A stretch of DNA of 64,000 nt from a virus, in the IMG/VR virus record IMGVR_UViG_3300050166_000039, positions 1 through 64,000 of that record. One strand, 5' to 3'. How positions within the stretch are numbered: position 1 is the first letter of the stretch; each line of letters begins with the position of its first letter. The notes under the pieces are model-generated. The model was not told the DNA's origin. It did not search any database and worked only from the letters and a program-made list of their open reading frames with translations. A program made the position numbers and the translations under genes. This document shows, in pieces, positions 19,274 through 28,714 of the stretch.

Positions 19274-20551
19274 ATGTTACAGATACACACACTCAGAGAT
19301 AATCCAGTATGGGTTAAAGATAAATTATTGTTTAGAAATTTCAAGGACGTTCATTTAGTTGATCAGATTCTCGAGGCTGACGATCGTAGAAGAATAATTC
19401 AGATAGATGTTGAGAGAATGCAAGCCAACATCAATGAGGCCTCAAAGCAGATTGGCGTGCTGGTGGGCTCTAAGAGACTGGTTGAAGCTGAAGTGCTTAA
19501 GACGGTGGTTACTTCTACAAAGGAGGACTTGTCTCACGCGATTGATGAAATTAGAGGCCTGAACTCTGAGATCCATAGATGGATGGTGTTACTACCAAAT
19601 CTACCCGATATTACAGTAAACTATGGCACTGGTGCAGAGGAGAATGATGTGATCGAGTATTCTTCATTGAATCCATTGGGCATCCAGCCGGGTTTAAGAC
19701 CTCACTGGGAACTGATTGAAGACTATGAGTTGGTGAGTTTTGAACTGGGTTCTAAGATTACAGGCAGAGGTTTTCCAGTGTATATTGGGCAAGGCGCCAG
19801 ACTGCAAAGAGCCTTAACTCAATACTTCTTAGACTTTAACGTAGATGCGGGCTACACTGAGTACATTCCACCCTTTATGGTAAATGAGGCCTCTGCCTTT
19901 GCAACCGGGCAATTACCAGACAAAGATGGGCAAATGTACCACGCCACCGAAGATAACCTGTTCTTGATTCCAACTGCCGAGGTGCCAGTTACAAACCTAT
20001 ATAGAGATACCTTATTAAAGGAATGGGAACTGCCAATTAAAATGACAGCCCACTCACCCTGTTTTCGTAGAGAAGCCGGCTCTTTCGGTAAGGAGGTTAG
20101 AGGCTTAAACCGGGTGCATCAATTTGAAAAGGTTGAAATCATTCAGATCGTACACTTTGAAAAGAGCGAAGCTGCATTGAATGAAATGGTTCAGCATGTT
20201 AAAAACCTGTTAGAATCATTGGAGTTACCGTATAGAATTCTACGATTATGTAGCGGTGATATGGGTTTCACTTCAGCTATTACATATGACTTTGAAGTCT
20301 GGAGCGCAGGCCAAGAGAGATGGTTAGAAGTCAGCTCGGTCTCAAACTTTAAGACCTTTCAAACAAATAGAATGAAATGTAGATTCAAGGACAAGGACGG
20401 CAAGAGTCAGTTACCTCACAGCTTAAATGGTAGCTCCTTAGCCTTACCGAGAATCTTCGCGGCCTTAATAGAGTTAAATCAAACTGAGGTCGGAATCCGG
20501 ATTCCAGAGAAGTTAAGACCCTATTTTGGAAAAGACCTGATCGTAAAATAA
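19274..20551 (+). CDS. serS: Seryl-tRNA synthetase
   Basis: LIPTAEVP, CFRREAGS, RVHQFEKVE, EVSSVSNF, LNGSSLALPR. Confidence 0.96.
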   Translation: MLQIHTLRDNPVWVKDKLLFRNFKDVHLVDQILEADDRRRIIQIDVERMQANINEASKQIGVLVGSKRLVEAEVLKTVVTSTKEDLSHAIDEIRGLNSEIHRWMVLLPNLPDITVNYGTGAEENDVIEYSSLNPLGIQPGLRPHWELIEDYELVSFELGSKITGRGFPVYIGQGARLQRALTQYFLDFNVDAGYTEYIPPFMVNEASAFATGQLPDKDGQMYHATEDNLFLIPTAEVPVTNLYRDTLLKEWELPIKMTAHSPCFRREAGSFGKEVRGLNRVHQFEKVEIIQIVHFEKSEAALNEMVQHVKNLLESLELPYRILRLCSGDMGFTSAITYDFEVWSAGQERWLEVSSVSNFKTFQTNRMKCRFKDKDGKSQLPHSLNGSSLALPRIFAALIELNQTEVGIRIPEKLRPYFGKDLIVK

Positions 20552-20565
20552 ATTAATTTTTTTTG

Positions 20566-20620
20566 AAAATAATTAGCCCGAGATTTTTTAGTCTCGGGTT
20601 TTTTGTTTATATTTACCTAT
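20566..20620 (+). promoter_or_regulatory. Class I promoter module, stem-loop variant
   Basis: Match to repeat consensus. Confidence 0.8.
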
Positions 20621-20636
20621 CTTAAATAATCAAGCA

Positions 20637-21293
20637 ATGAAAATAGTTTTAGAGAAAGATCAGAGGTTATTTTTTACCAGTGACACCCACTACAACCACA
20701 CTAATATCTGTTCAGCGACCACTAATTGGGAAAATGAATCAGGTCGAAATGTTAGAGATTTCAGCTCCTTAGCGATAATGAACGCTAACCTGATCGATAA
20801 TATCAATGGGCTGGTTAGAGAGCAGGACATCTTGATTCACTTAGGTGACTGGAGCTTTGGAGGCTTTGAGTCCATCGCCGCTTTTAGAAATCAAATTGCG
20901 TGTAAGACTATTCACTTGGTCTTAGGCAATCACGACCACCACATCAAGAACAACAAGGAAGGTATTAAAGACTTGTTTGCTAGCGTTAGCGAGTACAGAT
21001 ACTTAACAGTGGTTGAGCAAGCGAAATCTAAACAGGCTCCAGCAACAAAGCACAGATTTATCTTGAGTCACTACCCAATTGCAAGCTGGCAAGATATGGG
21101 TCAAGGTGTAATGCACTTACACGGTCACGTTCACTTGCCAAATCATTTAAGAGTTGGGCCGGGTAAAATGATGGATGTTGGAGTTGATGGCAATGGGTTA
21201 GTGCCTATCAACTTAGAAGAGGTTCTATCAATCTTAGAACCCAGACCTATCAAAGGCTTATTAAATTTTGACCATCACTTATTAGAAAACTAA
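20637..21293 (+). CDS. Calcineurin-like metallophosphoesterase
   Basis: SDTHY, HLGD, GNHD, SHYP, HLHGHVH. Confidence 0.88.
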   Translation: MKIVLEKDQRLFFTSDTHYNHTNICSATTNWENESGRNVRDFSSLAIMNANLIDNINGLVREQDILIHLGDWSFGGFESIAAFRNQIACKTIHLVLGNHDHHIKNNKEGIKDLFASVSEYRYLTVVEQAKSKQAPATKHRFILSHYPIASWQDMGQGVMHLHGHVHLPNHLRVGPGKMMDVGVDGNGLVPINLEEVLSILEPRPIKGLLNFDHHLLEN

Positions 21294-21294
21294 G

Positions 21295-21642
21295 ATGAAA
21301 ATGAAAAAATTAGAAGCATACAAGCGATTGCTAGCGGATACTTTCCAACTACAATTAAACGCAGGAGATTTCTTCTACTATGCATGTGCTCAAGCGCTGA
21401 ACGTAGTTTCAGAGGACGTTTACTGGGTAGTAGAACATATTAGACAATTTGGCGATGAAGGCTTATACTCAGCAATGGCGTACATTCAAAATCAAGTGCC
21501 TATCCTACCATATCAGACCCAGGATTTCGAAGCCGCGATGAAAGTGTTGGTGGATAGAAAACAAGAGGTTGAAGGGGACATTGATTGGGATTATCACGGG
21601 TATAAAAATGATGGACCCTATCGTACCGTGAATGAAGATTAA
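21295..21642 (+). CDS. Hypothetical protein
   Basis: ORF in operon. Confidence 0.6.
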   Translation: MKMKKLEAYKRLLADTFQLQLNAGDFFYYACAQALNVVSEDVYWVVEHIRQFGDEGLYSAMAYIQNQVPILPYQTQDFEAAMKVLVDRKQEVEGDIDWDYHGYKNDGPYRTVNED

Positions 21643-21672
21643 ACTAAATTGATTAAACGTTTATAAGATATA

Positions 21673-22056
21673 ATGAAAGAATTAATATTAGTTAGAGGAT
21701 TACCTGGCAGTGGCAAGTCAACCTTCGCCTCAATCTTAAGCGGTTGGGTGTTAGAGGCAGACATGTATTTTATGCAAGATGGAGAGTATCAGTTTGATGC
21801 TGATAAACTATCAAAGGCACATGAATGGTGTCAAGCAGAATGCAAGAGATACATGATATCTGAAAAGCCTAAAATCATCGTCTCAAACACTTTTACTCGT
21901 GAATGGGAAATGAAAGCCTATAAGGAGATGGCATTTCAGTATGGATATAGAGTTCACACTGTCATAGTAGAGAACAGACATGGTGGTGTTAACACTCATA
22001 ACGTGCCTGACGCTACGTTAGGAAACATGTTAAACCGCTTTGAAATCAAATTATGA
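21673..22056 (+). CDS. P-loop kinase (polynucleotide-kinase-like)
   Basis: RGLPGSGKST, EADMYF, VSNTF, HNVP. Confidence 0.82.
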   Translation: MKELILVRGLPGSGKSTFASILSGWVLEADMYFMQDGEYQFDADKLSKAHEWCQAECKRYMISEKPKIIVSNTFTREWEMKAYKEMAFQYGYRVHTVIVENRHGGVNTHNVPDATLGNMLNRFEIKL

Positions 22057-22223
22057 TAGAACTTATAAAGCAGTTATTATCAAAGTGGGGTTGCATGCAT
22101 CAATGGCATCCATATCATAGAACAAAGGTTTATGATTGGGCACGAAACGATGAAATGCCTAATAAGATAGAAGAAACTTGGGTATGTATTAAATGTGGTA
22201 AAATTAAAAAAGTAGAACTATGA
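22053..22223 (+). CDS. Small Cys/His protein (56 aa, not in ORF track)
   Basis: ATG 22053 to TGA; CMHQW..CIKCGK; coupled to both neighbours. Confidence 0.55.
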   Translation: MIELIKQLLSKWGCMHQWHPYHRTKVYDWARNDEMPNKIEETWVCIKCGKIKKVEL

Positions 22224-22792
22224 TGACCTACTCGGACGACAATATTGGTAATGTAGTGTATGACTATATAGAACAAGTGATTGTTGACATAATCAAGAAT
22301 GATGGTCAAACTCACAGAAAGGTGTTTGATGACACGCTTCAGCTATTCATAGCTAATAGGGTCGACCATCTACAATTTGTGTTTAGAGATTTAAGAGTGA
22401 GTAATTATAATCCAATTAATTATTTGCACGTTAAACCTATGCTATTTACTTTTAGTGAGAACCCGGTGCTACAAACTCTCGAAACAGAAGTTATTAGTAC
22501 AGTTTACGAAAATCCGCAATTATATCTAGACACTGATATTGAACGAACTAGAGTGAAACGCGTAAAGAAAATGGTTGCCACTGGATGGCGAGGCTTTGGA
22601 TGGGGCGTCAACGTGGATGAATTTACCGAAGTAGAAACAGTAGAAGGAGGTAATGTATTAGATCCCGAAGGGCGTTCAAAAATAAAAGCGCTTCTAGGAA
22701 TAAAGAAGCACATTGTGCCGGAGTTAGGAGCATACCTAAACAGAACGACAATTTTTATTAACTCAACTGACTTTAGGCCAAAGAATTTATAA
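22220..22792 (+). CDS. Hypothetical protein
   Basis: 190-aa ORF. Confidence 0.65.
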   Translation: MMTYSDDNIGNVVYDYIEQVIVDIIKNDGQTHRKVFDDTLQLFIANRVDHLQFVFRDLRVSNYNPINYLHVKPMLFTFSENPVLQTLETEVISTVYENPQLYLDTDIERTRVKRVKKMVATGWRGFGWGVNVDEFTEVETVEGGNVLDPEGRSKIKALLGIKKHIVPELGAYLNRTTIFINSTDFRPKNL

Positions 22793-22795
22793 ATA

Positions 22796-23191
22796 ATGGA
22801 AAATGATTTTGGAACATACGAGCAAGCATTAGCTTTGAAGGAGTTAGATTACGATGAAATGTGTTTTGGGTTCTACCGAAATCCAAGCGTTGAGTTAATG
22901 CGTTGTAGAAATAGAGAGGGTTGGATGGGCAATCAGGTTGTTGCTGCTCCGCTAAAACAACAAGTATTTAGATGGTTTAGGGAGAAGTATAACCTAGCTG
23001 GTCTTATTCATATAGGTAGTCAAGACTTTTCTTTTAGTATAAACAAAGATGGACATAGAATTAGTCCTCTGAAAGAATATCTTAACTATAATGGAACCTA
23101 CGAAGAAGCAGAGAATGCTTGTATTGATAAGTTAATTGAATTAGTTAAACAACAAGAAAATGATTGCATACGGAACATTAAGGATAACTAA
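22796..23191 (+). CDS. Hypothetical phage protein
   Basis: YEQALALKEL..QVFRWFREK..TYEEAE. Confidence 0.65.
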   Translation: MENDFGTYEQALALKELDYDEMCFGFYRNPSVELMRCRNREGWMGNQVVAAPLKQQVFRWFREKYNLAGLIHIGSQDFSFSINKDGHRISPLKEYLNYNGTYEEAENACIDKLIELVKQQENDCIRNIKDN

Positions 23192-23360
23192 CTCAGACAC
23201 TCTAAATAAGTGGAAGTTATCAGGTAAGTATCAGAATCTTATATCAGAGGGTTACATTTATGCAGAAGGATGTGGAAGATTTAGGTTAGATATATGCGAA
23301 TGCCATAAATGCAGATACTATAAACGCAAACAACAAGACAATGATACCAATCCTAAATAA
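23160..23360 (+). CDS. Hypothetical protein
   Basis: Cys cluster; operon position. Confidence 0.5.
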   Translation: MIAYGTLRITNSDTLNKWKLSGKYQNLISEGYIYAEGCGRFRLDICECHKCRYYKRKQQDNDTNPK

Positions 23361-23694
23361 AACATATTACTCCTTTGATGATGGTAAGATTAGACCCAAT
23401 CGAAGAAGTAGAGTTGTAATAAAAGAAATCATCCCATTTAACGAAATTGACCAGGAAACCTTATCCAAATGGGAACAGGAAGTAAGTGAGTGCGATTGGC
23501 TATATAGAGAAACAACCGACTACTTCATTAAAGCCGAAGCAAATCAAGAAGATATTGGAATTGATGAAACATTAATCTTTGTTAGATGTAAAAAAGATGG
23601 TTGGTTCAGCCTTGGTTTTTGGGCAGGAAGATTAGACATTGATGGGTCACTTAACTATTTTTGTGAAGAAAATTTTAAGGAAACACTTAAATAA
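23341..23694 (+). CDS. Hypothetical protein
   Basis: ORF in operon. Confidence 0.6.
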   Translation: MIPILNKTYYSFDDGKIRPNRRSRVVIKEIIPFNEIDQETLSKWEQEVSECDWLYRETTDYFIKAEANQEDIGIDETLIFVRCKKDGWFSLGFWAGRLDIDGSLNYFCEENFKETLK

Positions 23695-23708
23695 TAAAGA
23701 ACATATAA

Positions 23709-23978
23709 ATGATGGAATCACCCATATCAATCTTAATCCTTATTATATTATTAGCAGGATGGTTTTTACCAGTACCGCCAGGAATCTTTGGCGCTTTGCT
23801 AGATTATTATATTTTTGGTGGTAAAGAAGAAGAGCAAAGAAAAGAAAGACTATTTGAGCTATTGCAAAAACTTGAAGATGATGGTACTGACATCCATACC
23901 GAGATTAAAAAAGCTAGAAAAGGTGAGAGTAAATACATCACAGTGTGTAATGTCCCACGTAAAAAAACAATAAAATGA
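23709..23978 (+). CDS. Small membrane protein
   Basis: N-terminal hydrophobic segment. Confidence 0.5.
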   Translation: MMESPISILILIILLAGWFLPVPPGIFGALLDYYIFGGKEEEQRKERLFELLQKLEDDGTDIHTEIKKARKGESKYITVCNVPRKKTIK

Positions 23979-24253
23979 AAGTAAAATCCGGAATAAAAAA
24001 CCTAAACTTTTTTAAGCAAAACGCTAAAGAAAATTATATTACAACACCAATCAGTGTACTGCGATATATTTCAGAATTAGAAAAGCAATTAAAGTTAGCT
24101 TATACAGAAGAAAGGGTTAAAGACCTTTTATTAGCACAAAGAGGCAATTCTTACGTTGCAGTTTTAACTAAATGTAGAGATGAAGAGATTGCGACAGCAG
24201 CCTCATTAGCACCAGAACCTTGGAATTGGAATAATACAGAAAATAAGATATGA
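23975..24253 (+). CDS. Hypothetical protein
   Basis: Coupled ORF. Confidence 0.55.
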   Translation: MKVKSGIKNLNFFKQNAKENYITTPISVLRYISELEKQLKLAYTEERVKDLLLAQRGNSYVAVLTKCRDEEIATAASLAPEPWNWNNTENKI

Positions 24254-24924
24254 TTTACGCGAGTATTGACATCGAAACCACGGGTATCGATAATGAAAAC
24301 ACACAGACTCTCTCAATCGGTATTGTAGTAGAGGACACTGTAAATGTTAAGCCTCTAGAAGAACTGCCAACGCTAGAGATTGCGATTATTAGAGAACGCA
24401 TTGAAGGAGAAATCTTCGCCATCAACATGAATCGGCAACTAATCGCCGACATCTTAGAATACAGGTTGGCCAGAACCGATGAGGAGCGCAAGGAGATAGA
24501 GACTAGAACTGGTCGTGAATATCTTTATGAAGAGGATGTTACTAAGAGAATCTTTAGGTTCTTGTTTGATGCAGGCGCTTTAGATGGTAAAATGGACCTG
24601 ACTGGACATGTAGAAGTTGTAAATGGAAAAACATATCCAGCACTAACTTCAAAAATGAAGCCTTTCTATTTCAATGCAGCCGGTAAGAACTTCGCCAACT
24701 TCGATAACAAATTCTTAGAGCGTTTACCAAGATGGAAGCAGTGTCTTAAAGCTAGGGGTAGAACCCTGGACCCTTCGGTTTTATACGTTGATTGGCAGAG
24801 AGATGACTCAGCGCCGGGTCTGGCTAAATGTAAAGAGCGAGCAGGCTTGGGAGATGTGGTAACGCACAACGCGATCGATGACGCAATGGATATTGTAATG
24901 CTGTTTCGTAAATTTTATAATTAA
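24250..24924 (+). CDS. DEDDh 3'-5' exonuclease
   Basis: IDIETTG, GKNFANFD, HNAIDDAMD. Confidence 0.85.
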   Translation: MIYASIDIETTGIDNENTQTLSIGIVVEDTVNVKPLEELPTLEIAIIRERIEGEIFAINMNRQLIADILEYRLARTDEERKEIETRTGREYLYEEDVTKRIFRFLFDAGALDGKMDLTGHVEVVNGKTYPALTSKMKPFYFNAAGKNFANFDNKFLERLPRWKQCLKARGRTLDPSVLYVDWQRDDSAPGLAKCKERAGLGDVVTHNAIDDAMDIVMLFRKFYN

Positions 24925-24927
24925 GAG

Positions 24928-25152
24928 ATGAAAAAGATAGTTTTAATCAGTGCTGTGCTGCTATCACTCGTAACCATTTCAGTTTCACAGGTCAAAGAGA
25001 AGGGAGCAGTGGTCCAGAAATTCGTAGATGAGCAGGACCGGCTTCATGTGGTAGTGAAGTTCGCAGACGGCACAGTACAGGATAATATAGTGAGCCGACA
25101 AGAGTATACATCAACCAAAGAACTTGAGTTCTATTCAACTACTAGAAGATGA
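24928..25152 (+). CDS. Small secreted protein
   Basis: Signal-peptide-like N-terminus. Confidence 0.55.
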   Translation: MKKIVLISAVLLSLVTISVSQVKEKGAVVQKFVDEQDRLHVVVKFADGTVQDNIVSRQEYTSTKELEFYSTTRR

Positions 25153-25574
25153 GAAAAGAGAATCAAAATTACATGACTGACCAGGAGTTCGAACAGTTTT
25201 TACAGAGTATCGGAGGCTTAAAGAATGGCTATTTCGTAGATAGACCGGCAATTTTAACCCCAAGATGCGGAGTTGGCAATGGCTGGTATGGAATTGTAAA
25301 GCGCTTGATAGAGGACCTGATTGAATTAGGCTGGAACCGAGAGATTTGCCAGATTAAAGAGAAGTTCGGTGGATTAAGGTTCTACATTAACGAAGGCTCC
25401 GAGGACATTTTTAACCGAATACGATTAGCAGAGGACGCTTCATACTTGACATGTGAAGAATGTGGAGAGCCAGGCACACCAAGAGCCAGTGGCTGGATTA
25501 CAACCCTTTGTGACGAGCATGCTGAGGGCAGATTACCGCTTGATCACGCTGTATACCGCTTGAAAATTGATTAA
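25149..25574 (+). CDS. Hypothetical phage protein
   Basis: QIKEKFGGLRFY, CEECG, WITTLC. Confidence 0.7.
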   Translation: MRKENQNYMTDQEFEQFLQSIGGLKNGYFVDRPAILTPRCGVGNGWYGIVKRLIEDLIELGWNREICQIKEKFGGLRFYINEGSEDIFNRIRLAEDASYLTCEECGEPGTPRASGWITTLCDEHAEGRLPLDHAVYRLKID

Positions 25575-25592
25575 CACTTAAATAAAAGTAAT

Positions 25593-25925
25593 ATGAAAGT
25601 TGGAGTTGTTGGTACTAGATATTTTGAAAATTATGAAACCCTTAAAAATACGCTAGATAAGCTGGAAATAACTTGTATTATCAGTGGCGGAGCAAAGGGT
25701 GCAGATACTTTAGCGGAGCTGTACGCAAAAAATAATGGCATTAACACTATCATCCACAAGCCAGACTGGTCCGTCGGTAAAAAAGGAGCCGCGATTAGAA
25801 ACGCAAAGATAGTAGAAGACAGCGATATTATAGTTGCATTCTGGGACGGAGACTCGAGAGGCACTAAAATGACAATGGAGATGGCGAAAAAAGCCGGCAA
25901 AGGAGTTGTCTGTATTTTATATTAA
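25593..25925 (+). CDS. SLOG family (YspA/DUF2493-like) protein
   Basis: VVGTRYF, ISGGAKGADTLA, IRNAKIV, AFWDGDSRGT. Confidence 0.85.
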   Translation: MKVGVVGTRYFENYETLKNTLDKLEITCIISGGAKGADTLAELYAKNNGINTIIHKPDWSVGKKGAAIRNAKIVEDSDIIVAFWDGDSRGTKMTMEMAKKAGKGVVCILY

Positions 25926-25932
25926 ACTGTTG

Positions 25933-25987
25933 AAAATAAATGACCCGAGATTTTTTAATCTCGGGCTTTTTGCTTATATTTACAATG
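25933..25987 (+). promoter_or_regulatory. Class I promoter module, stem-loop variant
   Basis: Match to repeat consensus. Confidence 0.78.
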
Positions 25988-26007
25988 TAATTAAATAAAC
26001 AAACATT

Positions 26008-26175
26008 ATGAGCACATTTTCAAAAAGAATAGAAGATTTAAAATCACGAGGATTTAAAGAAACTAAAGTAGGAATGACAAATGATAAATACGCTTTCCTA
26101 TGGTATCAAATAGATACAGATGAAATATCTGATAGCGATTGGGAGGATTACCTCTTGAAATTAATTAACACTTAA
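26008..26175 (+). CDS. Hypothetical protein (55 aa, not in ORF track)
   Basis: ATG just after class I promoter. Confidence 0.55.
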   Translation: MSTFSKRIEDLKSRGFKETKVGMTNDKYAFLWYQIDTDEISDSDWEDYLLKLINT

Positions 26176-26187
26176 ACAAAAAACAAT

Positions 26188-26469
26188 ATGAAAAAATTAT
26201 TAGCAGTATGGATTGTAACGTTAACAATCATGGCGCTTGAGTATAGCTGCACTGAAAATCAGAGCGCTAGAAATTATGGTGGAACAGAAACAGTTCAGTT
26301 AGAAGAAGGAGTCCGAGTTGTAAATGTAACCTGGAAAGGAGATGAGCAACTTGGTTCTTTATGGATTCTCACTAAAAAGGACACTACTACTAAGCCTACA
26401 ACATATTCATTCAAAGAGAAATCAAATTTTGGTGTAATGGAAGGCACTGTAATTATTATAGAAAAATAA
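26188..26469 (+). CDS. Putative lipoprotein
   Basis: Signal peptide followed by SCTEN. Confidence 0.6.
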   Translation: MKKLLAVWIVTLTIMALEYSCTENQSARNYGGTETVQLEEGVRVVNVTWKGDEQLGSLWILTKKDTTTKPTTYSFKEKSNFGVMEGTVIIIEK

Positions 26470-26483
26470 ATCTAAATTTATTG

Positions 26484-26538
26484 AAAATAAATAGCCCGAG
26501 ATTTTTTAGTCTCGGGTTTTTTGCTTATATTTACATAT
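26484..26538 (+). promoter_or_regulatory. Class I promoter module, stem-loop variant
   Basis: Match to repeat consensus. Confidence 0.8.
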
Positions 26539-26553
26539 CAGAATTATAGATAG

Positions 26554-27765
26554 ATGGAATTAAACAAAGAAATCTTAGACAAGTACGTAGCCGAGGGTTG
26601 GTTAAGCCGACAAGTGCACCCAACCCTGCCTCTCAGCATCTACAATTACACACAAGAGACCCAATATGAAAAGTATTGGGATTCAATTACTCTTGCTTGT
26701 AGAGGCGTGGTGGTCGACCATGAAACCGGAGAAGTGCTTGTTAGACCGTTTCCTAAGTTCTTTAACTGGGAAGAGGTAGCAGACCGAGTACCAGTGACAG
26801 GAGATTATGTCTACGTACAAGAGAAGATGGATGGCTCCTTAGGAATTCTTTTCTATTATGATAGGCGCTTAACTCTCGAAGAGAGGTACAATATCTGGTT
26901 CAATAACAACGTTGTCTCAGGCATGGAGCGAAACTTTGACCCGACTAAGTTACCTGACTTCAACGACCCTTATTACGAGCCAACACCTGTTACAAGAGGT
27001 GAGTGGGTAATGGCAACTCGTGGTAGTTTTACCTCAGAGCAAGCTGTAAAGGGTTTAGCCATCGCCAAGAGACTATTTAATCTTGACGCCTTTAAGAAGT
27101 CAGTGACCTATCTATGTGAAATAATCTACCCCGAGAACAGGATAGTAGTTGATTACAGTGAGGAGAAACTAGTGTTCTTAGGAGCTTCAATTCCGAGGAC
27201 AGAGTTAAACTGGACCGTAGCCACAACCATTTTTATTGAATCTGAAATTAAGCCCGAGTATATTGTAAAGACAGAGCAATACTTTCTGTTTGGTGAGGGC
27301 ATGTACAACGCCTTGAAAGAGAAGAACCTGGAGAACAAGGAGGGTTATGTGTTACGCTTTCATCCCAGCAATTTCAGGATGAAGATTAAGTTTGAAGACT
27401 ATATAAAACTTCACAGAGTGTTGACACAGTGCTCATCCTATGATATCTGGGAAAACTTAAAACAGTTTGATAAACTACCCAACGAGCTATTAGATAACAT
27501 CCCCGATGAATTCTATAAGTGGGTAGAAGGGTTAGAAATCTCAATTCGTCTTAACTTTAATAAGATTAAGATAGAGCATGAAGAGATGGTAAAGAAGGCC
27601 AGGGAAGAGTTCACTGAGAAGAGAGACTTTGCCCTATGGGTCAACTCACTGAACAAGGCCGGAATAAATCACAGTCTCTTATTTGCAATCTGGGACGGAA
27701 AGGATGCGGCTCCCTATATCTGGCCGATGGTGAAACCAAGATATGAGAAACCATTTCAGAAATAA
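26554..27765 (+). CDS. RNA ligase, T4 Rnl1-like
   Basis: CRG, RPFPKFFN, motif I EKMDGSLG, ATRGSF, motif IV EGYV, motif V KIK. Confidence 0.88.
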   Translation: MELNKEILDKYVAEGWLSRQVHPTLPLSIYNYTQETQYEKYWDSITLACRGVVVDHETGEVLVRPFPKFFNWEEVADRVPVTGDYVYVQEKMDGSLGILFYYDRRLTLEERYNIWFNNNVVSGMERNFDPTKLPDFNDPYYEPTPVTRGEWVMATRGSFTSEQAVKGLAIAKRLFNLDAFKKSVTYLCEIIYPENRIVVDYSEEKLVFLGASIPRTELNWTVATTIFIESEIKPEYIVKTEQYFLFGEGMYNALKEKNLENKEGYVLRFHPSNFRMKIKFEDYIKLHRVLTQCSSYDIWENLKQFDKLPNELLDNIPDEFYKWVEGLEISIRLNFNKIKIEHEEMVKKAREEFTEKRDFALWVNSLNKAGINHSLLFAIWDGKDAAPYIWPMVKPRYEKPFQK

Positions 27766-27794
27766 GCATATAATAAAGAAAAATAGAGGTTACT

Positions 27795-28340
27795 ATGGCA
27801 ACATTACAGCAAATGCAGACAGCAATCAATAAACTGGTAGAAGGAGAAGACTTACCGGGCTTAGATTTCGATACTGTCGTTGAGAAGATAGTGGGTGAAA
27901 AGTATAAGAAGACCTTGGAGGAGATAAAGGACCCCGTAGAGAGAAAGCAGCAATTCAATAATATGATTGACTACTATAAGACTGAGGCTCGAACTGAGAT
28001 TGAGAATAAAATCAATGACGTAAAGATGTGCTATAAGACAGCAAAGGCCCAGATTAAGAGTATTCAGGCCTCTATTAAAACAGCGACGGCCTCGAACGCA
28101 ATCCCGGCAGTGATCGTGGCTGGTGCTGGAGCTGCGGCCCCAAATCCATTATATGCTATCACTGAAAACTCGAATAAGGTGAATCAACTACTCGGAGCCC
28201 TGGAAGCAATCGGTAAGATGCTATACGACCTGTTAAAGTCTGCGTTGGACATTATGTTTCCAGTGCCTGACGCGGTTATAGACCTAATTAATCTGATTGC
28301 AGACATCAAGAACACCATTAAAGCTATTCCGACAGTATAA
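27795..28340 (+). CDS. Hypothetical protein
   Basis: ORF after class II promoter. Confidence 0.65.
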   Translation: MATLQQMQTAINKLVEGEDLPGLDFDTVVEKIVGEKYKKTLEEIKDPVERKQQFNNMIDYYKTEARTEIENKINDVKMCYKTAKAQIKSIQASIKTATASNAIPAVIVAGAGAAAPNPLYAITENSNKVNQLLGALEAIGKMLYDLLKSALDIMFPVPDAVIDLINLIADIKNTIKAIPTV

Positions 28341-28657
28341 TGAAGAAAGAAGCACAAATAGTCTCCTACAACATGGGTTATATTAGCCCGCTTGGCAGTT
28401 CAGGCATCTTAACATGGTATCCTGAGGTATTAGAGATGTCACTAGCCGACTTTTGTAAATTGCTAAGAGATAAAGAGAGCATTGAAACTATATGGGAGCG
28501 GGCGATTGACAGTCACATTACGCCATCATCAGCGTGCATCATGTTTAGATACGATGAAGGTGCATTTTATTGGGAATGGACCGTTAAGATGATTAATGTT
28601 AGAGAATATAGAGAGTATTGGGAACTTAAACGCAATAAAAAGTGGAAAGAAAGTTAG
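28340..28657 (+). CDS. Hypothetical protein
   Basis: Coupled ORF. Confidence 0.55.
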   Translation: MKKEAQIVSYNMGYISPLGSSGILTWYPEVLEMSLADFCKLLRDKESIETIWERAIDSHITPSSACIMFRYDEGAFYWEWTVKMINVREYREYWELKRNKKWKES

Positions 28658-28700
28658 CAAATATTTTTTTATCTCAGAAATTATAGTTATATTTACCTAA
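28647..28700 (+). promoter_or_regulatory. Class I promoter module
   Basis: AAATATTTTTTT..AATTATAGTTATATTTACCTA. Confidence 0.72.
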
Positions 28701-28714
28701 CAAACAATAATAAC

